Source: Zymomonas mobilis subsp. mobilis ATCC 10988
GTDB taxonomy: Bacteria; Pseudomonadota; Alphaproteobacteria; Sphingomonadales; Sphingomonadaceae
Assembly: GCF_000175255.2 (NCBI RefSeq)
Contig: NC_017262.1
Location: 1,530,001 to 1,562,000, forward strand
Direction of reading: 5' to 3'
DNA length: 32,000 nucleotides
In this document: positions 18,782-27,076 of the stretch, piece by piece
Layout: each line of letters opens with the position of its first letter
How positions within the stretch are numbered: the first letter of the stretch is position 1
Made by a program: the position numbers and the translations under genes
Notes under the pieces: model-generated
What the model was told of the DNA's origin: nothing
Seen by the model: the letters and a program-made list of their open reading frames with translations, nothing else
Database searches by the model: none

Positions 18782-19488
18782 CCGATCAAAAGGATGAAGC
18801 CGAAAACCGGAAAGAAGCCGTCGAACAAGACGCTTTATTTCAGGCCGATGAGGCGATGCATGAAGGGGATAAGCCAGAGAAAGAGAAGGCTTTCTTCTTT
18901 CATGGCCTTGTGTTGGCCGCCTTTTGTTTGGGCTTTGGGGCTTTATTGGCCTTAACTTATCATTTGACCGCTCAAACAATCGTAGCGCGCGGGGTCGAAG
19001 ATCAGCAGGCTTCTTTGGAACAGGTTATTCCTGCCTCGATTCATGACAATGATATCTCTGCTCATCCGCTCCATCTAAAAGATGCCGAAGGGCATGATGT
19101 AACGGTTTTTCGCGCGACAAAGGCCGGTCATGTGACGGGTGTTGCCTATGAAATTTCTGGCACTGGCTATAGTGGTGAAATCCGTTTGATGATGGGTGTC
19201 GATGCCGAAGGTCATATTCTTGGGGTGCGGGCGCTGGCTCATAAAGAAACCCCAGGACTGGGTGACAAGATCGAAGCCAATAAATCGAATTGGATCTTGC
19301 GCTTTACCGGCCTGTCTTTGACCAATCCGTCAGAAAGCAAATGGAAAGTCAAAAAGGACGGCGGTCAGTTTGACCAATTTTCCGGTGCAACGATTACGCC
19401 ACGTGGTGTTGTTGCGGCGATCCATCGTGGTCTGGAATTTTTCGAGACGCATAAAAACACTCTGTTGGAGAGTTCAAATGTCCAATAA
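18778..19488 (+). CDS. rnfG: Rnf complex subunit G (236 aa)
   Basis: It has a single TM helix and the FMN-attachment motif FSGATITPRG. An ATGA overlap links it to rnfD. There is a charged N-terminal extension of about 35 aa, so the start could be later. Confidence 0.85.
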   Translation: MTDQKDEAENRKEAVEQDALFQADEAMHEGDKPEKEKAFFFHGLVLAAFCLGFGALLALTYHLTAQTIVARGVEDQQASLEQVIPASIHDNDISAHPLHLKDAEGHDVTVFRATKAGHVTGVAYEISGTGYSGEIRLMMGVDAEGHILGVRALAHKETPGLGDKIEANKSNWILRFTGLSLTNPSESKWKVKKDGGQFDQFSGATITPRGVVAAIHRGLEFFETHKNTLLESSNVQ

Positions 19489-20152
19489 TGAGTATTTCCG
19501 TATCGCCAAAGACGGTCTTTGGGACAATAACGGTATTCTAAGTATGTTGTTGGGGCTTTGCCCAACAATGGCTGTTACGACCAGTGCCACAAATGCCTTG
19601 GGCATGGGATTGGCAACCGCCGCAGTGATGGCGGCTTCCAATCTTTTGGTTTCTGTGTTTCGGCATCATATTACCTATGAAGTACGTGTGCCGGTTTATA
19701 TCCTGATTGTGGCGGCCATGGTGACCTTGGTTGATCTGGTGATGAATGCCTATATGCACCCGCTTTACAAGGTGTTGGGGCTGTTCATTCCGTTGATCGT
19801 TTCAAACTGCTTGCCGCTTGCCCATTTGGAGGCCTTTGCGGGCAAAAAACCGCCTCTGGCCTCTTTAACCGATGGTGTTTTTGCTGGATTGGGCTTTACC
19901 TTTGCCCTGACGATCATTGGTGGCCTGCGTGAAATTATCGGTTCAGGCACTCTTTTTGCCAATGCGGCTTTATTGCTGGGATCAAGCTTCCGTTTTCTGG
20001 AATGTCATCTGTTACCGACGGATTGTCATATTTTGATGATGGTTTTACCGCCGGGGGGCTTTTTGGTGACTGGCTTCGTTTTAGTCGGGAAAAGAATGAT
20101 CGACGTGGCACAGGGCAAAGAAATTTCTATGTCCGGCGCGCATGGGGCTTAG
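19478..20152 (+). CDS. rnfE: Rnf complex subunit E (224 aa)
   Basis: MSNNEYFRIAKDGLWDNNGILSMLLGLCPTMAVTT is the conserved RnfE/NqrD N-terminus. I chose ATG 19478; the longer track ORF overlaps rnfG. Confidence 0.9.
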   Translation: MSNNEYFRIAKDGLWDNNGILSMLLGLCPTMAVTTSATNALGMGLATAAVMAASNLLVSVFRHHITYEVRVPVYILIVAAMVTLVDLVMNAYMHPLYKVLGLFIPLIVSNCLPLAHLEAFAGKKPPLASLTDGVFAGLGFTFALTIIGGLREIIGSGTLFANAALLLGSSFRFLECHLLPTDCHILMMVLPPGGFLVTGFVLVGKRMIDVAQGKEISMSGAHGA

Positions 20153-20164
20153 GGAGGCAAAAAG

Positions 20165-20431
20165 ATGAAGATATCCGTCGCTTATGCCAAACCGGAACGC
20201 CAGTGGTGGCTTGAATGTGAAGTCAAAGAAGGCGCGACTATCGAAGACGGTATTAACGCTTCCGGTATCTTAAAGCGGTGCCCTGAGATCGATCTTGAAA
20301 AACAGAAGGTCGGTATCTTTGGTAAAGTCGCTAAATTAGATGCGCCTTTAGAAGAAGGGATGCGGATCGAGATTTATCGGCCGCTTTTGGTTGATCCCAA
20401 AACTGTCCCTAAAAAGAAAAAGAAGGCTTAA
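20165..20431 (+). CDS. rnfH: RnfH family protein (88 aa, ubiquitin-like fold family)
   Basis: MKISVAYAKPERQWWLECEVKEGATIEDGI…IEIYRPL matches the RnfH/UPF0125 pattern. It is the last gene of the rnf cluster. Confidence 0.85.
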   Translation: MKISVAYAKPERQWWLECEVKEGATIEDGINASGILKRCPEIDLEKQKVGIFGKVAKLDAPLEEGMRIEIYRPLLVDPKTVPKKKKKA

Positions 20432-20435
20432 AGTT

Positions 20436-20472
20436 AAAAAGCCTGTCCTTGAAAAAGGGCAGGCTTTTTTTT
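20436..20472. terminator. Bidirectional rho-independent terminator between rnfH and the convergent receptor gene
   Basis: AAAAA-GCCTGTCC-loop-GGGCAGGC-TTTTTTTT forms an 8-bp stem (one G-U pair) flanked by an A-run and a T-run. Confidence 0.85.
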
Positions 20473-20481
20473 GATGTCTTT

Positions 20482-22866
20482 TTATAAAATCGTCATCGTT
20501 AAATTAAAGAACACGCTTCTTCCTGACAACCGCCAGTATAGCGGCGCACCATTTGGATATTCTGCGGTGGTTTTCGATTGATTACCCGCAAAATCGCTGA
20601 TGGCATGGCTACCGAAAACATTCGATATTTTAATGCTGGGCGTGATATTTCTTAGGATATTGCCACCGACATTTTTGAAATGCCAGCCAAACGCCATATC
20701 AGCGGTGATGTTACTGTGTATTAAATACTGGTTTTTAAAGACGGTGTTTCCAGCTGTGTCTGTTGTACTATCCAATCCCCAATGATTGCCGACATATTTC
20801 CCGATAAAAGAGAAATAGGGACCATCTTTCTTCTCGTATAACACGCCGAAAGAGGCCAGAGATTTTGGAGATGCGGCCACCCGTATTTTGGAATCTTTAT
20901 AATGGGCGCTATTGACGCTGTAGTTTCCATAAAGGGAAACGCCATATCCGATGGCATATTGGCCTTCGATTTCCAATCCTTTGTAAATTGCGCCGCCGCT
21001 ATTCACATAAGTCGTTTCTGTGCCGATATTGGGGACGTTAATTTGGGCAGAAGCAATATAGTTTGAAAAATCGATATAATAGCCATCGGCAGAAATCGTC
21101 CAATTCTTCTTTTGAAGAACCGTTCCGACTTGATAATTCCACGTTGTTTCCGGTTTTACATAACCGACATTTTGCGTTTGAAAGACACTGAGGGGCGGGG
21201 CTAGGAAACCACGTGCAATTTGACCATAGGCACTCCAACCTTTCATCAATATTTGATTGATTGCGATGGAGGGCTGCCATGATTTGAATGATTGGTTATC
21301 CTTTAACGCGGTTTTGGTATTCTTGTTGATCGCCGCATCATAATTCCGGTGAAAATAAGAATATTTTATACCCGGTTTTACGGTCATGCCTTTCATCGGA
21401 TGCCAGTCGAATTCTAAATAAGGCTGTAGGGTCGTATTGATGTCATGGATATTATAGCTGTAGGCCGATCCATTCTTACCCGGAACCATGATAGAATTTT
21501 GGGACAGATCAACCGCATAGGTATAGCGTCGATCATTCTGAACATCTGCCCAGACCCCCGTTAAAATATCGCCGACAGGTGTTTTCGCCTTTAAAGCCAG
21601 CGTGTCCCCATAGGCTCGAAATTGAGCATCGGCATATTTGCCGGGAACATCATTGGCATAGCTGCCGACTTTTTTACCGGCGGCATTATAAAAAGTAACC
21701 CCATTTGCCGAGGGACTGTTTTGGCTGGCATCGGTTGTTTTTGTATAAGAATGTTCAAAGCCGACAGAATAGACTTTATTCTCTAATTCTAACCAAGAGA
21801 GCGGCTTCGCCTTTAGGCTGATATAACTAAAATCAGATTTATAGGTGCTTGGATTATATTTATAAAAACACTGTAATTGAGGATCATTACATAAGCCGTA
21901 ATTCTTCCCATATTGGGCATATTCGGCCAAGGTTGCGCCTTGGGTGGTATATTGATGCTCTTTATTGAAGGTAGTGGCCGCCGTAAGGGTGATGTCTGAC
22001 CCTAATTTGATAACATCTTTAAACATGATGTTGCTGCGGCGTTCATTTGAATGCGTCAAATAGCCATCCGTGGCTTCATGCTGCAAATCAAGAACCATTT
22101 TTCCGGCAATGGTTTCTCCGCTATCGATTTCTAAACCACCTGCGCGGGTATTATAACTGCCATAGGTTCCATAGGGCGTAATACCAAATTTTTCAGAAGG
22201 TTTTCTTGAGGTAAAGCCAATGGTTCCCCCAAAAGTAGCATTCCCGATAGTGGAAGCTGTGCCGGGGCCGCGATCAACTTCAGCTTGACCGAGGAAATGG
22301 GCTATAAACAAGGATGAGGTCGAATGATGTAGATCGCTGGCATCTCCAAAAGGGATGCCATCAAAGGTCATATTATATTGCCCATCCTGAAAGCCTCTTA
22401 GGCTCATCGTTTCAGCTTTACCAATACCGGGGCCATTGGGATTTTGTGTCCAGACACTGGGCTGATATTTGATAATGTCATCCACACTGGCCAAGGGAAT
22501 AATATTATTGGCCATAAAAGAACTTTGAATGATGGATGTCGGCTGTGTGATGTTCAGAGGTACGGAGGAAGGCGCCAGACGCTCGGCCTTCCCAATAACG
22601 GTTATTTCCTTGCCGCTCCAATAGACATTCTTTTCGTCTTTAGAGTGATGATCCGCTTCATTTTTCTGAAAATTCTTTTCCTTATCGTTTTTTTTATCAG
22701 GCAAAGAAGATTTTAAATCTGAAATAGGGTCTGATGACAAAGATAGATTATCTGATTTATTATTGGTTTCAGTATATTGATGTGCCTGTAATCCGGCCGG
22801 TAATGTTATTGTTCCAAGACTGAGCGTTATAATAATAGCTGTTTTTGAATTTACTTGGAAAGACAT
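20482..22866 (-). CDS. TonB-dependent outer-membrane receptor (794 aa)
   Basis: It has a signal peptide, a Lys/Asp/Ser-rich linker of about 70 aa, a TonB-box-like EITVIGK, plug motifs (SLRGF…, VDRGPGTASTIGNATFGGTI) and a long barrel. Confidence 0.8.
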   Translation of the reverse strand: MSFQVNSKTAIIITLSLGTITLPAGLQAHQYTETNNKSDNLSLSSDPISDLKSSLPDKKNDKEKNFQKNEADHHSKDEKNVYWSGKEITVIGKAERLAPSSVPLNITQPTSIIQSSFMANNIIPLASVDDIIKYQPSVWTQNPNGPGIGKAETMSLRGFQDGQYNMTFDGIPFGDASDLHHSTSSLFIAHFLGQAEVDRGPGTASTIGNATFGGTIGFTSRKPSEKFGITPYGTYGSYNTRAGGLEIDSGETIAGKMVLDLQHEATDGYLTHSNERRSNIMFKDVIKLGSDITLTAATTFNKEHQYTTQGATLAEYAQYGKNYGLCNDPQLQCFYKYNPSTYKSDFSYISLKAKPLSWLELENKVYSVGFEHSYTKTTDASQNSPSANGVTFYNAAGKKVGSYANDVPGKYADAQFRAYGDTLALKAKTPVGDILTGVWADVQNDRRYTYAVDLSQNSIMVPGKNGSAYSYNIHDINTTLQPYLEFDWHPMKGMTVKPGIKYSYFHRNYDAAINKNTKTALKDNQSFKSWQPSIAINQILMKGWSAYGQIARGFLAPPLSVFQTQNVGYVKPETTWNYQVGTVLQKKNWTISADGYYIDFSNYIASAQINVPNIGTETTYVNSGGAIYKGLEIEGQYAIGYGVSLYGNYSVNSAHYKDSKIRVAASPKSLASFGVLYEKKDGPYFSFIGKYVGNHWGLDSTTDTAGNTVFKNQYLIHSNITADMAFGWHFKNVGGNILRNITPSIKISNVFGSHAISDFAGNQSKTTAEYPNGAPLYWRLSGRSVFFNLTMTIL

Positions 22867-22879
22867 TAAGATATTTCCT

Positions 22880-22907
22880 AATATTGCTATTATTCAAAAT
22901 ATTATTC
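22880..22907 (-). promoter_or_regulatory. Fur-like AT hexamer array upstream of the third receptor
   Basis: The minus strand reads GAATAATATTTTGAATAATAGCAATATT, with three NATWAT-type hexamers, 15-40 nt upstream of the ATG. The match is weak and judged by eye only. Confidence 0.3.
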
Positions 22908-23047
22908 CTGATAAAAACCTCTTAAATTCAATTGATTGCAATTTTGTTTCACCTTTGTTGCAAAAAGGTTTTGTTACATTTGGGAAATGTTAAATAAGGC
23001 AACGCCGTTATTTTTTATTTTAAGATAATCTGAAAAAAGAAGGACAA

Positions 23048-23647
23048 ATGAATATGGATATCGCGCAGCAACGCCAACATATCCTAAGCGGCGCTTATTA
23101 TAATGATCTCACCCCTGAATTGATAAAGGCAAGAGAAGAGGCGGTTCGGCTTTCCAATCTTTATAATGATAGCTTTGGTGAAGCTCCGGCAAAAAGAGAA
23201 AGCTATCTGCGGCAATTATTGAAGAAAATAGGCAAAAATGCCTATTTTGAGCCGCGCTTCCGTTGTGAATTTGGTTTCAATATTAGCATCGGCGACAATT
23301 TCTACGCCAATTTTGACTGCATTATTTTAGACGGGGGCGAAGTCACCATCGGGGATAATGTTCTATTTGGCCCTCGTGTCGGTATTTATACCTCGAATCA
23401 TGCGATCAACCCCGATGAGCGGAAGGCCGGAGCTTGTTATGCCAAAGCCGTGACAATTGGTCATTCTGTGTGGGTCGGCGGTGGCGTTAACATCAATCAG
23501 GGTGTGACAATCGGTGATAACAGTATCATCGGTTCGGGAAGCGTCGTCACAAAAGATATTCCGGCCAATGTGATTGCGGCAGGGGTGCCTTGTCGGGTGA
23601 TACGGCCTATTACTGATGCCGACCGTGTGGGTTTTAAAGGCTCTTAA
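23048..23647 (+). CDS. maa: Maltose/galactoside O-acetyltransferase family (hexapeptide-repeat) protein (199 aa)
   Basis: It has an N-terminal Mac domain pattern (…YNDLTPELIKAREEA…) and left-handed beta-helix hexapeptide repeats (IGDNVLFGPRVGIYT…VWVGGGVNINQGVTIGDNSIIGSGSVV). Confidence 0.8.
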   Translation: MNMDIAQQRQHILSGAYYNDLTPELIKAREEAVRLSNLYNDSFGEAPAKRESYLRQLLKKIGKNAYFEPRFRCEFGFNISIGDNFYANFDCIILDGGEVTIGDNVLFGPRVGIYTSNHAINPDERKAGACYAKAVTIGHSVWVGGGVNINQGVTIGDNSIIGSGSVVTKDIPANVIAAGVPCRVIRPITDADRVGFKGS

Positions 23648-23873
23648 TTCCTTTTGCGCTTTTTCTCTGTCTGATGGGCTTATGCCGCTTACAGGATTTT
23701 TTGCTGTCATTCTGTTCTGACCAGCTTCATAAATAGGAAACAGGATAAATAGTTACTTTGGGCGATAGAGCTTTTTGATTTGAAACTTTCGCTTATCCGT
23801 CAGGGATCTCGCGCTTGCCATTTGAGTCCGTGTTATCGCCAAAGATAGAATAGTGTTGGGTTGGGAAGAGCTT

Positions 23874-24527
23874 ATGACTTTTGATTTATTATTCGATTTG
23901 GACGGGACGTTAGTCGATACCGTTTATGTTTCTTCTGATGTCTTGAATGAAATGCTGCAAGAACGCGGTAGTCGTCGGGTTATCAAGCCAGAAGAAACGC
24001 GTCCGCTCGTTACTTTAGGGGGCGAGGCGATGATTGCCGGTTTGTTCGGCGATGATTGTGTCGATCCTTTGGTTGATGTGGCTGAATATCGGCGGCTTTG
24101 TGCTGGTCGCGATACCCATGATGACAGCTTGTTCCCCGGGGTGCGGGAAGGTATCGAACGGCTTTATGCCTTGGGTATGAAAATGGCGGTCTGTTCTAAT
24201 AAGCCGCAAAATCTGGTCGAAAAAATCATGAGCGATCTTGGCTTTGATAAATATATGGTCGCGCTGGTCGGTGCCAGACCTGACCTACCTCGAAAGCCTA
24301 ACCCTGCTTTGTTGAATGTCGCCTTGGAAGAAATGAAGGGCAATAGTCAGAATTGCTGGTTTATCGGCGATGGTGAAACCGATCAGGAAGCCTCGGCGGC
24401 GCTTGGTATTCCGTTTATTTTTACCTCTTATGGATATGGAACGCCCATTGAAGGCGTGCCGATTGAGGTAACTTGCCCTGATTTTAAATCAGTTACTGAC
24501 TTTCTGGAACAGAAGGCTAAAGCCTAA
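23874..24527 (+). CDS. HAD-superfamily hydrolase, phosphoglycolate-phosphatase-like (217 aa)
   Basis: HAD motif I FDLDGTLVDT, motif II CSNKP and motif IV GDGETD are present. I chose ATG 23874 (GGGAAGAG RBS) over the GTG at 23853. Confidence 0.75.
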   Translation: MTFDLLFDLDGTLVDTVYVSSDVLNEMLQERGSRRVIKPEETRPLVTLGGEAMIAGLFGDDCVDPLVDVAEYRRLCAGRDTHDDSLFPGVREGIERLYALGMKMAVCSNKPQNLVEKIMSDLGFDKYMVALVGARPDLPRKPNPALLNVALEEMKGNSQNCWFIGDGETDQEASAALGIPFIFTSYGYGTPIEGVPIEVTCPDFKSVTDFLEQKAKA

Positions 24528-24534
24528 AGAAATT

Positions 24535-24583
24535 CCTGTTTTGCTTATAGAATGGAATATTTCCACTCTATAAGCAGGAACAG
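24535..24583. terminator. Long intergenic hairpin between convergent genes (putative bidirectional terminator)
   Basis: TGCTTATAGAATGGAA-TAT-TTCCACTCTATAAGCA forms 16 bp with one mismatch, extendable by CCTGTT/AACAGG. There is no clear U-run, so its function is uncertain. Confidence 0.45.
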
Positions 24584-24586
24584 TGG

Positions 24587-26020
24587 TTACAAAGATTTCT
24601 GTTTTTTGCGCTTATACAGATTATAGCTGCCGTAAAAAACAAGGCCGATCGCATTCCATAACAAGAAGCGGATCGTCGTATGAAGTGGCAGACTGGTGAA
24701 TAAATAAAGGCAACCGATAACGGTGACGCTGCCTATCACAAAAGGAAATGGACAAGAAAAACGCCGCGTCCTTTCCCCTTCTCGAACGCGCAGAATAATC
24801 AAAGAGAGACCGACAGCGATAAAGGCCACCAAAGTGCCAGCGTTGGCTAATTCTGCCAATTCATCCAATCGGAAAAAACCGGCAATTAAAGCAATGACAA
24901 TACCGGTAAACAGGGTCACCTGACTGGGGGTGCCATGCTTGTTTACTTTTGCCAAAAAAGGCGGCAACAGATGATCTCGCGCCATGACAAAAAAGACGCG
25001 GCTTTGTCCGTAAATCATCGCCATAATAACCGAAGGCAAGGCAACAAGCGCAGCCGCCGCAATCCATTTTGCTGCCGTCTCATGATGTAAATTTCTAAGA
25101 ATAAGGGCCAGCGGTTCGCCACTTTTGATAAATTCGCTAAAGGGTGCCGCCCCCAATAAGCAGGCCGCTACACCAATATAGATCAGAACCGAAATAGTCA
25201 TCGAACCGATAATACCGATGGTCAAATCCCGCTTGGGATTTTTGGTTTCTTCTGCCGCTGTGGCGACAGTATCAAATCCATAAAAGGCAAAAAACAGAAT
25301 AGCCGCGGCCGCCATAACGCCTCTGACTTTTCCATCCGGCGAAATATGGCTGACAAAACCGTAAGGCATGAAAGGATGGTAATATTCAAAATGGAAAGCG
25401 GGCATTGTCAAAACGACAAATAAGACCAAGGCGGATAATTTTAAAATAACCAGCGCCAAAGTCAGAGTCGCGCTTTCCTTGGCACCTGCGGTCAACAATA
25501 GGGCGATAGACAAGGCCACGATAACCGCCGGTAAATTGATAATCCCGCCATCATGAGGACCCGCCAATAATGCCGCGGGTAAATTGATACCAAAAGAATG
25601 AAGCCATCCGACAAGATAGGCCGACCATCCAACGGCGACGGTCGAGCTTGCCAGTGAATATTCAAGGATGAGGCTCCATCCGACAATCCATGCCATATGG
25701 CGGCCAATCGCCATATAGGCATAAGTGTAAGCGCCACCGGCTTCCGGTATCAATGTGGATAACTCGGCATAGCCAAGGGCAGCCGTAGCACAGATAAGGC
25801 CGGCAATAATAAAGGCAATAACAACAGCAGGTCCCGCCCGATCAGCGCCGACACCTACCAATGTATAGATACCTGTCCCGACAATCGCGCCGACACCTAA
25901 GGCAATAAGATGCGGCCATGACAAATTACGGGAAAGCGCTTGGTCTTTTTTATGAGGGTGAGACTGTTGTGAAGAAAGTGAACGAAATTTTTTACGAGAG
26001 CCAAAATATTTTTTTAACAT
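24587..26020 (-). CDS. APC-superfamily amino acid permease (477 aa)
   Basis: It has about 12 predicted TM segments and the conserved N-terminal block LIALGVGAIVGTGIYTLVG…GPAVVIAFIIAG…ALGYAELSTLIPEAGGAYTYAY. AGGGGA lies upstream as an RBS. Confidence 0.8.
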   Translation of the reverse strand: MLKKYFGSRKKFRSLSSQQSHPHKKDQALSRNLSWPHLIALGVGAIVGTGIYTLVGVGADRAGPAVVIAFIIAGLICATAALGYAELSTLIPEAGGAYTYAYMAIGRHMAWIVGWSLILEYSLASSTVAVGWSAYLVGWLHSFGINLPAALLAGPHDGGIINLPAVIVALSIALLLTAGAKESATLTLALVILKLSALVLFVVLTMPAFHFEYYHPFMPYGFVSHISPDGKVRGVMAAAAILFFAFYGFDTVATAAEETKNPKRDLTIGIIGSMTISVLIYIGVAACLLGAAPFSEFIKSGEPLALILRNLHHETAAKWIAAAALVALPSVIMAMIYGQSRVFFVMARDHLLPPFLAKVNKHGTPSQVTLFTGIVIALIAGFFRLDELAELANAGTLVAFIAVGLSLIILRVREGERTRRFSCPFPFVIGSVTVIGCLYLFTSLPLHTTIRFLLWNAIGLVFYGSYNLYKRKKQKSL

Positions 26021-26166
26021 GCAGTCCCCTTTTTGGCCTTTTGCCGTAAAAAGGGGGGAGGGGTCAAGGGAAGCCCTATTACAGGGGCATAGCCTGTCAG
26101 GCTGTTTTAGAAATCTTGATACCCGATATTTCTAAAATAAATCACTTCATTTCATTGAACGCATCA

Positions 26167-26468
26167 TGGTGCGGGCGGAGGGACTCGAACCCTCACGGGC
26201 AAATGCCCAACGGATTTTCTTACCTGCCACGGCTTTCACCGCCACTGCTTATGCAGTGTTTGGGGTCTGGACTATCCCTTCACCCTGCCCTTTGAAAAAG
26301 GGGGTAGGTGCTGCCCGTCTAGTCTCTACACCTTCCTGAAAAAATCAGGCTTGGCTCGGGATCGGCATTTTACAGCTTTCCCCGAATTTGAGCAGTTCTG
26401 CACCTTTCGTTTCCGAAGGGGCACTCAAAATTTTAAGTCCGTAGCGTCTACCATTCCGCCACGCCCGC
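26167..26468 (-). tRNA. tRNA-Leu(UAA) gene split by a group I intron (exon 1 26435..26468, exon 2 26167..26218; CCA encoded)
   Basis: The joined exons give GCGGGCG-TG-GCG-GAATGGTAGA-CGC-T-ACGGA-CTTAAAA-TCCGT-TGGGCATTTGCCCGT-GAGGG-TTCGAGT-CCCTC-CGCCCGC-ACCA. This is a complete 86-nt type II (long variable arm) cloverleaf with anticodon UAA. The acceptor, anticodon and T stems are all Watson-Crick paired. Confidence 0.9.
26219..26434 (-). ncRNA. Group I intron (IC3-like, 216 nt, no ORF) inserted between U34 and A35 of tRNA-Leu(UAA)
   Basis: The 5' exon ends in U and the intron ends in G. Exon ACUU can pair with intron GAGU (nt 9-12), giving the U-G wobble at the splice site. The next hairpin has a GAAA tetraloop (GCCCCUUCG-GAAA-CGAAAGGUGC). 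The tracts CAAAUUCGGGGAAA, CCCGAGCCAAGCC and AAGGUGUAGAGACUAGACGG (26315..26334) match, from memory, the catalytic core of the Azoarcus tRNA-Ile and cyanobacterial tRNA-Leu introns. Confidence 0.85.
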
Positions 26469-26515
26469 AACATTATGCCGAATCCGCATAGCGGGGCTTG
26501 GGGGTAAAATGCAAG

Positions 26516-26800
26516 CTAAATTTCAATATTAAGATGTTCTCGTATCTCTTTTCCCGGTTTGAAATAGGGGACACGTTTGGCTTCGACCTCGACTTTTTCG
26601 CCGGTTCTGGGATTCCTGCCCAGACGGGCGTCCCGAAAACGGGTGGAAAAGGCACCAAAACCCCGAATCTCTACCCGACCACCTTTGGCCAAATGATGGG
26701 TAATCCCGTCAAAGAAAACATCTATAATATGCTCTATTTCTTCTGATGAAAGTTCAGGATTATCATTGGCTAATGTTTGGATCAGTTCGGAACGAATCAT
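26516..26800 (-). CDS. ihfB: Integration host factor beta subunit (94 aa)
   Basis: [11 protein letters not shown]…[42 protein letters not shown] is the HU/IHF fold with the IHF-beta pattern. I chose ATG 26800 (AAGGAA RBS) because the longer track ORF adds a non-conserved leader. Confidence 0.9.
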   Translation of the reverse strand: MIRSELIQTLANDNPELSSEEIEHIIDVFFDGITHHLAKGGRVEIRGFGAFSTRFRDARLGRNPRTGEKVEVEAKRVPYFKPGKEIREHLNIEI

Positions 26801-27076
26801 CGCATTTCCTTTTCCTGACCAGTCCGGTCTTATTATCCCGAGTGAGACAATTTTTATCGGACAGAATCTTCTTATCAAAGATAATAAAATATATTCTTTG
26901 TTAAATAAAGTCACCGAAAAGATAGAGTCAATAATAACAGGTGAAAAAGCTGTGCTTCCTTGGGCTTTAAAGTCATCCTATAAAATGTATTAAATAACAT
27001 TGTTTCTCATCTTGCGACCTCCGGCTATACTCTGTCGAATATCACTATAAAAATAGGGTTATTAGGATGGCTCACT

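Noticed and set aside
17584-18979. Minus-strand ORFs of 165 aa (17584..18081) and 169 aa (18470..18979).
   Set aside because: They are antisense to rnfD and rnfG, with Arg/Pro/Lys-rich low-complexity translations, and they break the tightly coupled rnf operon. They are shadow ORFs.
22867-23047. A cobalamin or other riboswitch in the leaders of the TonB-dependent receptor genes. The leaders at 3400..3592 and 12000..12231 were also checked.
   Set aside because: The leaders are short and extremely AT-rich, with no GC-rich conserved riboswitch core visible. Fur-type operators explain them better.
26167-26468. A roughly 300-nt RNA with tRNA-like ends could be tmRNA (ssrA).
   Set aside because: A complete anticodon stem-loop (UAA) and a Leu-type variable arm are present once the insert is removed, and there is no tag-peptide reading frame. 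As far as I recall, alphaproteobacterial ssrA is a permuted two-piece gene. The insert also carries group I core tracts.
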